NCBI GenBank assembly: GCA_029838215.1
Contig: JALGVI010000024.1
Span: 1 to 36,335 of the forward strand
From: Candidatus Helarchaeota archaeon
GTDB taxonomy: Archaea; Asgardarchaeota; Lokiarchaeia; Helarchaeales; RDOG01
Direction: 5' to 3'
Length of the DNA: 36,335 bases
Positions 28,014 to 36,335 of this stretch are shown piece after piece (positions within the stretch are counted from its first letter, which is position 1; the number at the start of each line of letters is the position of its first letter). The notes below the pieces were generated by a model. That model had not been told where the DNA came from and made no database searches. It saw only the letters and a list, made by a program, of their open reading frames with translations. Position numbers and translations under genes: made by a program.

Positions 28014-29426
28014 TCAAATGCTTTCCGCCAGTTCCTTTACTTCCGGCCTTCTTTTTACATAGAAATAACCTGCCAAAGCAAGGCAAATGATCAATACTGT
28101 TAGAATGATGCCCCAAGTCGGTAGTGTCGTCATGAGCAATGCAAGCACGGGATGCATCGGGAGCCCTATTAAAAGACCTGTCCAAATTGAATTTAACGTG
28201 CTGAAAATATTGATATTGAATAGTTCCAATACTGGAGGGATTACCGTAGAGGCGATTCCAACTGCCGCAACCGCCTTTGTAACGGCTTGATCTTTTACCT
28301 CTGCAGGTGTTCTTGAGCGAGCAATTCTTTGTCCCTTGTACCAGAATTCAACTGCTGATTTAATCTTGCCGAGAGTCCCCATCGGAGTCACGTAGAAAAT
28401 CGCTTCTTGCTCTTCAACGTCGATATTGACATCAATGTATTCCGGAGCAACAAGACAACCCGGGAAGAAAGGGATGATTCGGATGATTGTTGGTTCTTCT
28501 TCATCTTTTTCAACCTTGAGCTTTCCGCGAATGTGCCGGATGCCGATTTCACGTTGGATCTTCAATTTCAATCTCGAAATTTGTACTTTAAGAAGATAAT
28601 TTGTCTGCGGATTCATCCTATTGTAATAAGTAATTAAGGTATTTCGACGAACCGTGACGGGTTTGCTTTCCTTTGGTGCTATTTCCTCTTCTTTGAGATC
28701 TACTAAAGATCCCGACTCTGCCATCGTTTCAAGAGCTTTCACTTCATCGCGAGAAACTGATTTCTTTTCTTTTTCTCGTGTCATTCCCTCTCTCGCTTTA
28801 CTTTTCTTTTTTGGAATGGTTTCAGGAGCTGGAGTTGGTGCTGGTGCGGGTGCAGGAGCTGGTGAAGGCATGGAAACCGTTCCTGGAACTTCGGTTGGTG
28901 GCTTCCTTCCCGGAGGACTCGGAGCTTGAAAAGCTTGTTTTGACAATTTTTCGGATTTCTCTCTAATTTTATCATCAAGAACTCCTTCTAAATCAAGCTT
29001 TGAAACTTCTTCTTCCAACGTTTCACGTTCTTTTTCTACCAATTTACTGAGTGCTTCTGCTTTTCGTCGTATAGACGATACATCCTTCCTTTCATCTATT
29101 AAGTTTTGAACTCGTGATATCAAGCTTGATTTTATATTCATTAATTTGGATAATATGACCTCTTGGTCTTGACCACGAGATATTAGATTCCGTTCGATTG
29201 ATAATTGGATCTCTGAAATAAAATGCTTCAAAACCTCAATATTTTCAAGATCCTTAATTTCTTCTAAAATTTTCAAGACACTTTGTAACGGTTCAATGAT
29301 CATATCCGATAATTCGTGAATTATTGCAAGCCGTGTGGCTTCTAAATACGAAGCGATGGCATTTGTTTTGTCATTTTTATCGTAAGCCAATTTTGCTTCT
29401 TTTAGTTTTCTGTAAAAATCTTCCAT
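28014..29426 (-). CDS. Hypothetical membrane-anchored protein (helical N-terminus, Pro/Ala linker, beta-rich domain, C-terminal TM segments)
   Basis: 470 aa with a hydrophobic C-terminus followed by KRR. An SD-like GAGTGAT precedes the ATG. Confidence 0.8.
   Translation of the reverse strand: MEDFYRKLKEAKLAYDKNDKTNAIASYLEATRLAIIHELSDMIIEPLQSVLKILEEIKDLENIEVLKHFISEIQLSIERNLISRGQDQEVILSKLMNIKSSLISRVQNLIDERKDVSSIRRKAEALSKLVEKERETLEEEVSKLDLEGVLDDKIREKSEKLSKQAFQAPSPPGRKPPTEVPGTVSMPSPAPAPAPAPTPAPETIPKKKSKAREGMTREKEKKSVSRDEVKALETMAESGSLVDLKEEEIAPKESKPVTVRRNTLITYYNRMNPQTNYLLKVQISRLKLKIQREIGIRHIRGKLKVEKDEEEPTIIRIIPFFPGCLVAPEYIDVNIDVEEQEAIFYVTPMGTLGKIKSAVEFWYKGQRIARSRTPAEVKDQAVTKAVAAVGIASTVIPPVLELFNINIFSTLNSIWTGLLIGLPMHPVLALLMTTLPTWGIILTVLIICLALAGYFYVKRRPEVKELAESI
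28825..28868. repeat. Coding Pro-Ala low-complexity repeat (PSPAPAPAPAPTPAP)
   Basis: Degenerate 6-nt units (GGTGCN/GGAGCT) inside the 28014-29426 ORF. Confidence 0.7.
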
Positions 29427-29536
29427 TTCAAGATCACTCTCAAGTTTATTACTAATTAATGAAAAAATTTACTATATAGCATAAGTTTTGGATTGATTAT
29501 AAAACTTGATTTTTCATAAATTGATAGAGTGATAAC

Positions 29537-30661
29537 ATGAATAAAGTCGGTAAACTTCTCTATTCTCATTGGAATTATGAGATTTGGAAAGATGGTAATG
29601 ATTATTACGGGTATGAAACCGAAATCAAGGAAAAATGGTCCGATAGTTTTCTATACATGCATGAACTCCAAGATCCTATCGTTGAATCGGTCCATGAATC
29701 GATGGATTACATAAATTTAAATCAAATCATAAAAAAAGATGATCACGTTGCCATTAAAGTAAATTTGTGCGGAGGATTCCCCGGAATCGTTGCTTCACAA
29801 ACCCCGCTTCGAGTTGTTAAGGGAGTTCTTGAAAAAGTCTTGGCGATCTGTGATCACGAACGTGTTTTTTTATGCGAGGCAAACAATTGGGGACACGTCG
29901 TGGATGAACGGCTCCTGAAAAAAAGAGGATATTTCCAATTGTGTAAGGAAAACAACGTCAAATTTTATAATCTTACATACACACCAACCGTTAAATTCTA
30001 TTTTAAGGGATTTCATGAGCCCATCTTGTTATCACGTCCATTGCTGCACCCAAATGTTAAAATCATTAACATGGCTCCGATCAAGCATCATTGGGAGTGC
30101 GGCGTAACGCTTGCACAAAAAAATCTCTATGGAGCCATTGCTGATGAATCAAAGACCAAGTTCCACGATTATCGCACGGAAAATGCCCTTGACATGGTAA
30201 TAGCGGGAGCTGCACGAGTTTATCATCCCGTGTTAAACATACTTGGGGGCAAGTGCGTGTGTGCGGGACAAGGTCCTCACTTCTGCCGTCCACGCAGGTT
30301 TGGATATCTCGTAATTTCAAACGACTTGCTTGCTGCTGATAAAGTTGGTGCCGATGTGTTGGGATTCCCGTGGAATCTCGTTATTCATGCTCAAATTAAC
30401 AAGAAATTTAACATATGGAATGAGAATTGCAAACGCCTTTCACGTTCTGCAACCATCCCTGAAGAAATCAAAGCAAACATTCGAAAGCATGTAATCCCTC
30501 CAGATGTCGTCATGCGAAATCGGACGGGATTGAAATTCATTTATGAAACAAACCCTCAATTACTCCGCAATCTTCGATATTTTGAATTTGTCATTCCAAT
30601 CGTGAACACGATTTTATTTGGATTAAGAGGCGATTGCGACATAAATTTCAAGGAAGAATGA
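29537..30661 (+). CDS. DUF362 domain protein (second, divergent paralog)
   Basis: VAIKVNL, CEA, INMAPIKHH, GVTLAQKNLYG, GQGP and LAADKVGADVLG. Confidence 0.82.
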   Translation: MNKVGKLLYSHWNYEIWKDGNDYYGYETEIKEKWSDSFLYMHELQDPIVESVHESMDYINLNQIIKKDDHVAIKVNLCGGFPGIVASQTPLRVVKGVLEKVLAICDHERVFLCEANNWGHVVDERLLKKRGYFQLCKENNVKFYNLTYTPTVKFYFKGFHEPILLSRPLLHPNVKIINMAPIKHHWECGVTLAQKNLYGAIADESKTKFHDYRTENALDMVIAGAARVYHPVLNILGGKCVCAGQGPHFCRPRRFGYLVISNDLLAADKVGADVLGFPWNLVIHAQINKKFNIWNENCKRLSRSATIPEEIKANIRKHVIPPDVVMRNRTGLKFIYETNPQLLRNLRYFEFVIPIVNTILFGLRGDCDINFKEE

Positions 30662-31449
30662 TGATGCCCGATCTTGGAGACGAACGATTACCTGATGACG
30701 TGCCCGAAGATCATCCTCGTGCCGCATCACTCCGCGTTAGGCACCAAATCATCGAAGGTCTAAAAACGCACGTTGTTACTGAAGCAGGTCTAATTGCTCA
30801 CGGTCGTGGTGAAGCCTTCGATTATTTAATTGGTGAAAAAACCCCTGCATTTGCTCTCAAGGCAATAGATGCAGCCTGTGCATCTCTGTTGATTGCCGAG
30901 CATCCGATCATTAGTGTAAATGGTAACGTGGCGGCACTCGTCCCAAATGAAATCGTGCTCTTGTCAAAAACATCGGGAGCGAAACTCGAAATAAACCTAT
31001 TTTATCGCAAGAGAGAACGAGAGCTTGCAATTGAAGAAGTATTAAAAAAAGCCGGTGCCAAACTCATTCTCGGCGTGCACGATCAAACCGAAATTGATCA
31101 TCTTTCAAGTAAGCGTCGAATCGTTGACCCTGAAGGTATTGCAAGAGCTGACGTGGTTCTTGTCCCATTAGAAGATGGCGACAGGACTGAAGCCCTGAAA
31201 AAAGCTCAAAAAAAAGTCATTGCCATCGATCTTAACCCGATGAGTAGAACGGCTCAACATGCGGATATCACGATAGTTGATAACTTGATTCGATGCATTC
31301 CCTTAATGATTCAGAGAATTGATTACCTAAAGAAAAAAACACGGCAAGACTTGCAAGATATCGTTAGAAAATTTGATAATAAAGAGAATTTAGCCCTAGC
31401 TATCAATTTCATGCGGTCATATTTAGAACTCATTGCAAGGAATCTCTGA
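30658..31449 (+). CDS. Phosphopantothenate synthetase (4-phosphopantoate--beta-alanine ligase)
   Basis: HPR..SL, GLIAHGRGEAFDYLIGE, ISVNGN, EINLFYR, ADVVLVPLEDGDRTEAL and IDLNPMSRT. ATG 30658 overlaps the DUF362 TGA (ATGA). Confidence 0.95.
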   Translation: MMMPDLGDERLPDDVPEDHPRAASLRVRHQIIEGLKTHVVTEAGLIAHGRGEAFDYLIGEKTPAFALKAIDAACASLLIAEHPIISVNGNVAALVPNEIVLLSKTSGAKLEINLFYRKRERELAIEEVLKKAGAKLILGVHDQTEIDHLSSKRRIVDPEGIARADVVLVPLEDGDRTEALKKAQKKVIAIDLNPMSRTAQHADITIVDNLIRCIPLMIQRIDYLKKKTRQDLQDIVRKFDNKENLALAINFMRSYLELIARNL

Positions 31450-31690
31450 ATTAATTTCTTTTAAAACGTCTCTATTTCTTACATCATTCAGATTGTTAAA
31501 GAAATTTACGTGCTCTCCAATTTATTCTTACTCTATATTATATTCTTATACGTGATATGTTCCATTCATTGCAATGAACAGTTGATTACATCATTGTTTT
31601 CTCATTATTCCGATTTAAAATTTTGAAAAAACTTAAATATCTGTGAAAAATCAAGACTATTTGTTCATTTTAAATTCAGGAGAGAAATTC

Positions 31691-32509
31691 ATGCCCACCT
31701 ATCCCCCTGATTTCTTGTACAAGTTTTTTTGGTTCATGAAAATTGACGGTTACTTGCTCGCAACGAATCCTACATACCTGTCTACTCTACCGATCTTAAT
31801 ACCAATGGAAATTCTTGTATACGTCCTTGCAGCATTAACTTTCTACCACGCGTACAAGGTACACGGACTCTGGAAGGCCTCATTATTTCTTGCCGGATCA
31901 TTTCTATATACAGGTCTTGAAGAAAATATGTGGATTCTTTCTGGAAGATTAGGTACAGGAATTATATTTGGACTACCGCTTCCCATAGCCCCGACTTACT
32001 ACTTTAATTACGCGAAGGCATTATTCTGGTTCGGAGCAGTGCCCGTAATAACATGCTTGGGCTGGTTCTTCATTGCTTACGGTTGCTTTTATATTGCTGA
32101 ACAATTTTTTGAAAAATGGCAAACATCAAATGCTTCCCTCCTCAAAGCTTCACTTGTAGCAGGAGTATTAGCAGTAAACATGGATTTAATGATTGATCCC
32201 TTCATGGTTCGAAATGGAAGTTGGTACTGGCTTTCAACTCAGTTCGAAAACATTTACTTCCTCGGCATACCAATTACAAATTTTATCGGTTGGTTTCTTC
32301 TGATTTTTCTATTTGCCATTTTTTGGACCAAAATCACGCAATTAGAAGAACGCTTTGGAAAGACAAAAACAACACTGATATTCTTTGCGGGAATTGCAGG
32401 ACTCCTTCTTGGGACGATCTATTTTCTAATCCTAATCGGCATTTTCTTGGGCGTACTATACCCGTTAGGCATTAACATTTCAATACCAGGATGGTTCGGA
32501 GTGATATGA
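31691..32509 (+). CDS. CruF/DUF422 (carotenoid biosynthesis-type) membrane hydratase-family protein
   Basis: EE..ILSG, VPVITCLGW, DLMIDP, WYW and GIPITNFIGWF. AGGAG precedes ATG 31691 (track start GTG 31643). Confidence 0.82.
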   Translation: MPTYPPDFLYKFFWFMKIDGYLLATNPTYLSTLPILIPMEILVYVLAALTFYHAYKVHGLWKASLFLAGSFLYTGLEENMWILSGRLGTGIIFGLPLPIAPTYYFNYAKALFWFGAVPVITCLGWFFIAYGCFYIAEQFFEKWQTSNASLLKASLVAGVLAVNMDLMIDPFMVRNGSWYWLSTQFENIYFLGIPITNFIGWFLLIFLFAIFWTKITQLEERFGKTKTTLIFFAGIAGLLLGTIYFLILIGIFLGVLYPLGINISIPGWFGVI

Positions 32510-32510
32510 A

Positions 32511-32744
32511 ATGAATGTAAAATATTATCCTATAATTGCCATCATCGGATTTCTGATTTCCGGATTTGTTGTTGGATTTCTTGTGGTCGGTCCGGGACTC
32601 GTGACAAACCCTAATCCTATATTCTATGGTTATGCAGGTAGCACTCCACTTGATCCCATACAAACCTTAATTTTAGGTTTGTTGCCTACACCTGTTATTG
32701 TAATGATTATCTTGGCGATTCGGAAGTTAAAACGCGAAGACTAG
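32511..32744 (+). CDS. Small two-TM membrane protein
   Basis: 77 aa with two hydrophobic segments and a basic C-tail. Starts 1 nt after the CruF-like stop. Confidence 0.6.
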   Translation: MNVKYYPIIAIIGFLISGFVVGFLVVGPGLVTNPNPIFYGYAGSTPLDPIQTLILGLLPTPVIVMIILAIRKLKRED

Positions 32745-33082
32745 CTTTCATTTCCTTTATTTTTTTCTTCTTTTCTCCGTTTGAGATGCTCTAAATTCTT
32801 AGAATTCCATTTGGACCACGATTTTTTAAGAAAACTTAACATTCGTTTATTTGCATGAGCACAATATTTTGCCCCATAATTGCGAGACTTTTAAGATTTA
32901 GAAGATGAAAATTATTTTTTTTTCATAAATCTTCCAATTTAAAATTTTTAATTGATAATTAAGGCAAACCTGCTTCTTCCTTACTAAATTTTAATTCGCT
33001 TTAAGAGTTCATTCAAGCCTAATGGTCAAATTTCACTGTTAACTTGAAATATAACATCATTATACTCATCTAATGCCAAATG

Positions 33083-33114
33083 TTTAAATAGTATTTTTGT
33101 GCATAGTCACATAA
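33083..33114 (+). promoter_or_regulatory. TATA box followed by an imperfect palindrome (putative operator)
   Basis: TTTAAATA at 33083-33090, then TTTTGTGCATAGTCACATAA at 33095-33114 (14 of 20 positions symmetric). Confidence 0.45.
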
Positions 33115-33187
33115 TAACAAAGAGAAATTTTCCATTGTGAAATTTCCAATTAAAAAAGATGAAAATTATGAAGGAAGTGAAAAAATA

Positions 33188-33547
33188 ATGCCTAGAGGTG
33201 ACAGAACAGGTCCTTATGGTGCTGGTCCTAGAACTGGACGAGGTTTAGGTTATTGTGCCGGATACGACACTCCTGGTTTCACAAAAGGTCGCGGCTTGGG
33301 ATTAGGTCGAGGATTTGGTCTTGGTATGGGTCGTGGACTTGGTCTCAGGTGGGGTCATCGTGGTGGACCTGGTGGATTCCGAACATGGGCTTTCGCTGGC
33401 GGGGTTCCTCCCGCATACATGCCCCCTGCTCCCCCACAGATTACGAAAGAACAACAAAAAGAATTTGTCGAGCAGGAAATTGATTTCTTATCAAAACAGG
33501 TAGAAGCATTAAAGAAACAACTCGAGGACTTAGAAAAAACCGACTAA
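33188..33547 (+). CDS. DUF5320 family protein
   Basis: MPRGDRTGP.GAGPRTGRGLGYCAG, Gly/Arg-rich middle and C-terminal coiled coil. GGAAGTG precedes ATG 33188. Confidence 0.9.
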   Translation: MPRGDRTGPYGAGPRTGRGLGYCAGYDTPGFTKGRGLGLGRGFGLGMGRGLGLRWGHRGGPGGFRTWAFAGGVPPAYMPPAPPQITKEQQKEFVEQEIDFLSKQVEALKKQLEDLEKTD

Positions 33548-33554
33548 GTCCTCC

Positions 33555-33562
33555 TTTTTTTT
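33555..33562 (+). terminator. Oligo-T terminator after DUF5320
   Basis: T8 run 7 nt after the stop, followed by further T tracts. Confidence 0.5.
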
Positions 33563-33701
33563 AAGATTTTTTTATTTCTTTTTTTATAAATTGAACTCTT
33601 TTGATCTATAAACTTAATAATCACTTTGTTTTTCTTATTTTATGATATTAAAGGAATTTAGCACTTTATTTCAGTAATTTTAAAACAGTTTTGGAGCCAG
33701 C

Positions 33702-35432
33702 ATGATGGATTATATCTTACGAATTAACATGAATAGTCTTGAAATTAAAAAGGATCCTGTTCCAGCAGACCTCGAGCGATTTGGAGGACGATCTTTCATT
33801 GGAAAGATATTGTCTGAGGAGGTTCCGCCGAAATGTCACCCTCTTGGTCAAAATAACAAGTTAATTTTTGCAGCGGGTTTATTAGCAGGGACTGGCTTCC
33901 CGAATTCCTGCAGGATTTCCGTAGGAGGTAAAAGTCCTCTCACGGGAGGAATCAAGGAATCAAACTCTGGGGGGCGGTTTGCATACGAGATGGTTCATCT
34001 TGCCCTGCGTGGCTTGATCGTGGAAGGCAAACCAACAATGGACGCGAAAAACAATGAAGAACTATACACCGCCGTAATTGAATCTGATAACGTTGAATTA
34101 GTCGAAACAAGTGAATTGAAAAATAAGGGTAATTATGAGACGGTATCTTGGCTTCGACGAAAGTTTGGTTCCCGAATTGCCACGGCTAGTATTGGTCCTG
34201 CTGGAGAGTTAAAGCTTTCTGGAGCGACAATCGCATTTTCTGACCTGTTTGGAGTTCCTGATAGGCACGCCGGACGTGGTGGACTTGGTGCCATCATGGG
34301 AAGTAAATCTCTAAAAGCCATGGTGCTAAAGCCCGCAAAACGAAGAGAAATGAAATTTCGAGATGAAGCAAGTTTTAAAGATGTATCACAGTCATTTGGG
34401 AAAAAATTAATTGAAACAAAAAGGGTTTTTTCAAAATTTGGCACTCCAGTAATGATTGATGTTTGTAACGAACACGGTGGTCTTCCCACTCAAAATTTCC
34501 GAAGGGGTAGGTTTAACAAAGTTGACAAGATATCGGGGAATAAATTACACGAACTCTTAGTGGAAAGAAATGGTAAATTCGGCTTGCCGTGTTCTCCAAG
34601 CTGCTGCGTGAAATGCTCAAACCGATTTAATGATGCTTCGGGAAAACCCGTGACAAAAATTGAGTATGAAACCATTGCAATGATGGGATCAAACCTGTTG
34701 ATTGATGATTATGACGTGATTGCAAGGATGAATTATCTTTGTAACGATTTAGGTCTGGACACGATTGAAACTGGGAATGCACTTGCTGTTCTAATGGAAT
34801 CTTCATTGCTTGATTTTGGTGATCACGAAAAAGTCTTGCAAATACTTACTGGACTTTACAAAGGAGATATTTTAAGTCGTATTGTTGGATCTGGTGCCGC
34901 TGTGGTTGGAAAGATCTTTGGGGTCGATCGTGTTCCTGTTGTTAAAGGACAGGCTTTACCTGCTTATGATCCCCGTGTTTTCAAGGGCATGGCTGCAACG
35001 TTTGCAGTCAGTCCAATGGGTGCTGATCACACCGCAGGACCTGCCATTCCGGGTCGAGCCGGTCTTGATCCAAACAAGGATTACGGTTCATTGACTGACA
35101 ATGTCGGAAAAATAGATTTGACAAAGGATTTACATTACGTTGTCGCAATGCTGGAAGCCATGGGGTGTTGTTATTTCATCTATCATAATCAAATAATGGA
35201 AAAAGTAAGCACGTGTCTGGAAGCACTTCACGGTTGGAAATTGTCTCCCGATGACCTCCTTCAAATGGGAAAAGACATCATTAAAAGAGAAATTGAGTTC
35301 AACGAAAATGCAGGACTTTCTCGAACCGATGATTTACCGGAATTCTTTCGCTCGGAGTTGCTTCCTGAAACAGAAGATGTATATGACATCCCTGAAAATG
35401 CTGTTAAAACCGCATGGGACGATTTATTCTAA
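33702..35432 (+). CDS. aor: Aldehyde:ferredoxin oxidoreductase-family (tungsten/pterin) enzyme
   Basis: KSPLTGGIKESNSGG, IGPAGE, AGRGGLGAIMGSK, PTQNF, C..CCVKC, EYET, GLDTI, KGQ.LPAYDPR and RGADH-like MGADH. Confidence 0.9.
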   Translation: MMDYILRINMNSLEIKKDPVPADLERFGGRSFIGKILSEEVPPKCHPLGQNNKLIFAAGLLAGTGFPNSCRISVGGKSPLTGGIKESNSGGRFAYEMVHLALRGLIVEGKPTMDAKNNEELYTAVIESDNVELVETSELKNKGNYETVSWLRRKFGSRIATASIGPAGELKLSGATIAFSDLFGVPDRHAGRGGLGAIMGSKSLKAMVLKPAKRREMKFRDEASFKDVSQSFGKKLIETKRVFSKFGTPVMIDVCNEHGGLPTQNFRRGRFNKVDKISGNKLHELLVERNGKFGLPCSPSCCVKCSNRFNDASGKPVTKIEYETIAMMGSNLLIDDYDVIARMNYLCNDLGLDTIETGNALAVLMESSLLDFGDHEKVLQILTGLYKGDILSRIVGSGAAVVGKIFGVDRVPVVKGQALPAYDPRVFKGMAATFAVSPMGADHTAGPAIPGRAGLDPNKDYGSLTDNVGKIDLTKDLHYVVAMLEAMGCCYFIYHNQIMEKVSTCLEALHGWKLSPDDLLQMGKDIIKREIEFNENAGLSRTDDLPEFFRSELLPETEDVYDIPENAVKTAWDDLF

Positions 35433-35462
35433 TCCAAAAAATAAAGAAAATGCGTGATTTTC

Positions 35463-36335
35463 TTGTCCACGACTAAAACTGCAATGATCTTCAACATACA
35501 GAAATTCTCCACGGAGGATGGACCTGGCATCCGAACTTCAATTTTTTTTAAGGGATGTCCATTAAGATGCTATTGGTGTCATAATCCTGAAGGCATCAAA
35601 AAATACCCTCAAATCATCTGGAATAAAATTAAATGCATTGGTTGTGGCTCTTGCATTAAGGCATGTCCTGAAGGTGCAATCACTGCAAGACCCGAAGGAC
35701 TTGTTACAGATCGTGAAAAATGCAAGAATTGCGGGATTTGTGCTGAAGCATGTCCATCAGGTGCACGAGAACTCATCGGTCGCAAGATTACTGTTGAAGA
35801 ATTGATAAAAGAAGTGCTTAAGGATAAGCCATTTTACGATAATAGTGGGGGAGGCATAACGGCCACGGGTGGTGAACCTACCGTGCAGTATGAATTTTTG
35901 AAGACCTTCTTACCCGCGGCAAGGGAAAAAGGGTTACACGTTGCTCTTGATACCTGTGGACTCGTTAAATGGGAAATACTCGAAGATCTCCTTAATTGGG
36001 TTGATTTAGTTCTTTTTGATTTGAAGATCATGGATGAAAAAAAGCATGAAGAATATACTGGTGTATCAAACAAGCTAATTCTGGAAAATCTAAAGAAAAT
36101 CGATGCGAAAAATAAGAAGATTTGGATTCGCATCCCCGTGATTCCAGGGTTTACAGCTTCCGAAGAGAATATTCGTGGCATTGGGGAGTTCATTTGTAAC
36201 CTAAAGAATGTTGAACGGGTTGATTTGTTGCCCTTCCATAAATTGGGAACGCCCAAATATGAAAAGCTGGATTGGAATTATGAGTGTTCAAATCTTGAAC
36301 CACCTTCAAGAGAAGAAATGGAAAAATATAAGGAA
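35463..36335 (+). CDS. Glycyl-radical enzyme activating enzyme with 2x[4Fe-4S] ferredoxin insert (3' truncated; absent from ORF track)
   Basis: Translated by hand: IFNIQKFSTEDGPGIRTSIFFKGCPLRCYWCHNPEG, CIGCGSCIKACP, CKNCGICAEACP, GGGITATGGEP, DTCG, FDLK, IRIPVIPG and LLPFHKLG. TTG 35463 follows GTGAT; alternative ATG 35484. No stop before the window end. Confidence 0.93.
   Translation, partial: MSTTKTAMIFNIQKFSTEDGPGIRTSIFFKGCPLRCYWCHNPEGIKKYPQIIWNKIKCIGCGSCIKACPEGAITARPEGLVTDREKCKNCGICAEACPSGARELIGRKITVEELIKEVLKDKPFYDNSGGGITATGGEPTVQYEFLKTFLPAAREKGLHVALDTCGLVKWEILEDLLNWVDLVLFDLKIMDEKKHEEYTGVSNKLILENLKKIDAKNKKIWIRIPVIPGFTASEENIRGIGEFICNLKNVERVDLLPFHKLGTPKYEKLDWNYECSNLEPPSREEMEKYKE

Noticed and set aside
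28825-28930. ESCRT-I-binding P(S/T)AP late-domain motifs in the Pro-rich linker
   Set aside because: The sequence has PSPAP and PTPAP, not PSAP or PTAP. It is an ordinary Pro-Ala linker.
32741-32842. 33-aa minus-strand ORF (MLSFLKKSWSKW...) converging on the small membrane gene
   Set aside because: No SD or family resemblance, and its composition mirrors the T-rich terminator region on the plus strand.
371-36256. Numerous 60-180 aa ORFs antisense to or nested in confident genes (e.g. 1614-2003, 14135-14584, 24573-25112, 27066-27437, 34133-34489, 35834-36256)
   Set aside because: They are shadow ORFs overlapping well-supported genes and carry no motifs. 35834-36256 is antisense to the GRE activase.
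1-36335. rRNA, tRNA, CRISPR arrays, IS elements, integrases
   Set aside because: No GC-rich structured stretch, regularly spaced repeat, terminal inverted repeat, or transposase or recombinase motif was seen by eye. tRNAscan-SE and Infernal would be decisive.

Overview
AT-rich, densely coding archaeal chromosome segment. Archaeal origin is supported by Mch, archaeal-type ValRS and ProRS, phosphopantothenate synthetase, an AOR-family enzyme, TATA-like promoters and oligo-T terminators. An anaerobic Asgard (Loki/Hel-like) host is inferred from gene content and protein style, not proven. About 32 genes are present. Housekeeping and metabolic genes: mch, valS, proS, PPS, Mrp/NBP35, GH38 alpha-mannosidase with a DMT transporter, AOR, and a glycyl-radical activating enzyme that runs off the right edge and is missing from the ORF track. 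Also present: an orphan N6-adenine DNA methyltransferase, a MoxR/CoxE-like chaperone operon, two DUF362 paralogs, a 2-hydroxyacyl-CoA dehydratase fragment and several uncharacterised proteins. I found no rRNA, tRNA, CRISPR array, transposase or integrase. Best leads: (1) a coupled two-gene module at 17974-19328 (ferredoxin-like fold plus coiled coil; Zn finger plus coiled coil plus tandem winged helix); (2) a Cys/His-rich insertion in the CoxE-like VWA protein, plus an extra gene inside the MoxR-VWA pair; (3) a coiled-coil protein with WH2/EVH2-like helices and a KKKD repeat tail; (4) AOR paired with a GRE activase; (5) an ambiguous, possibly recoded proS start. All family calls come from motif recognition by eye; no database searches were run.
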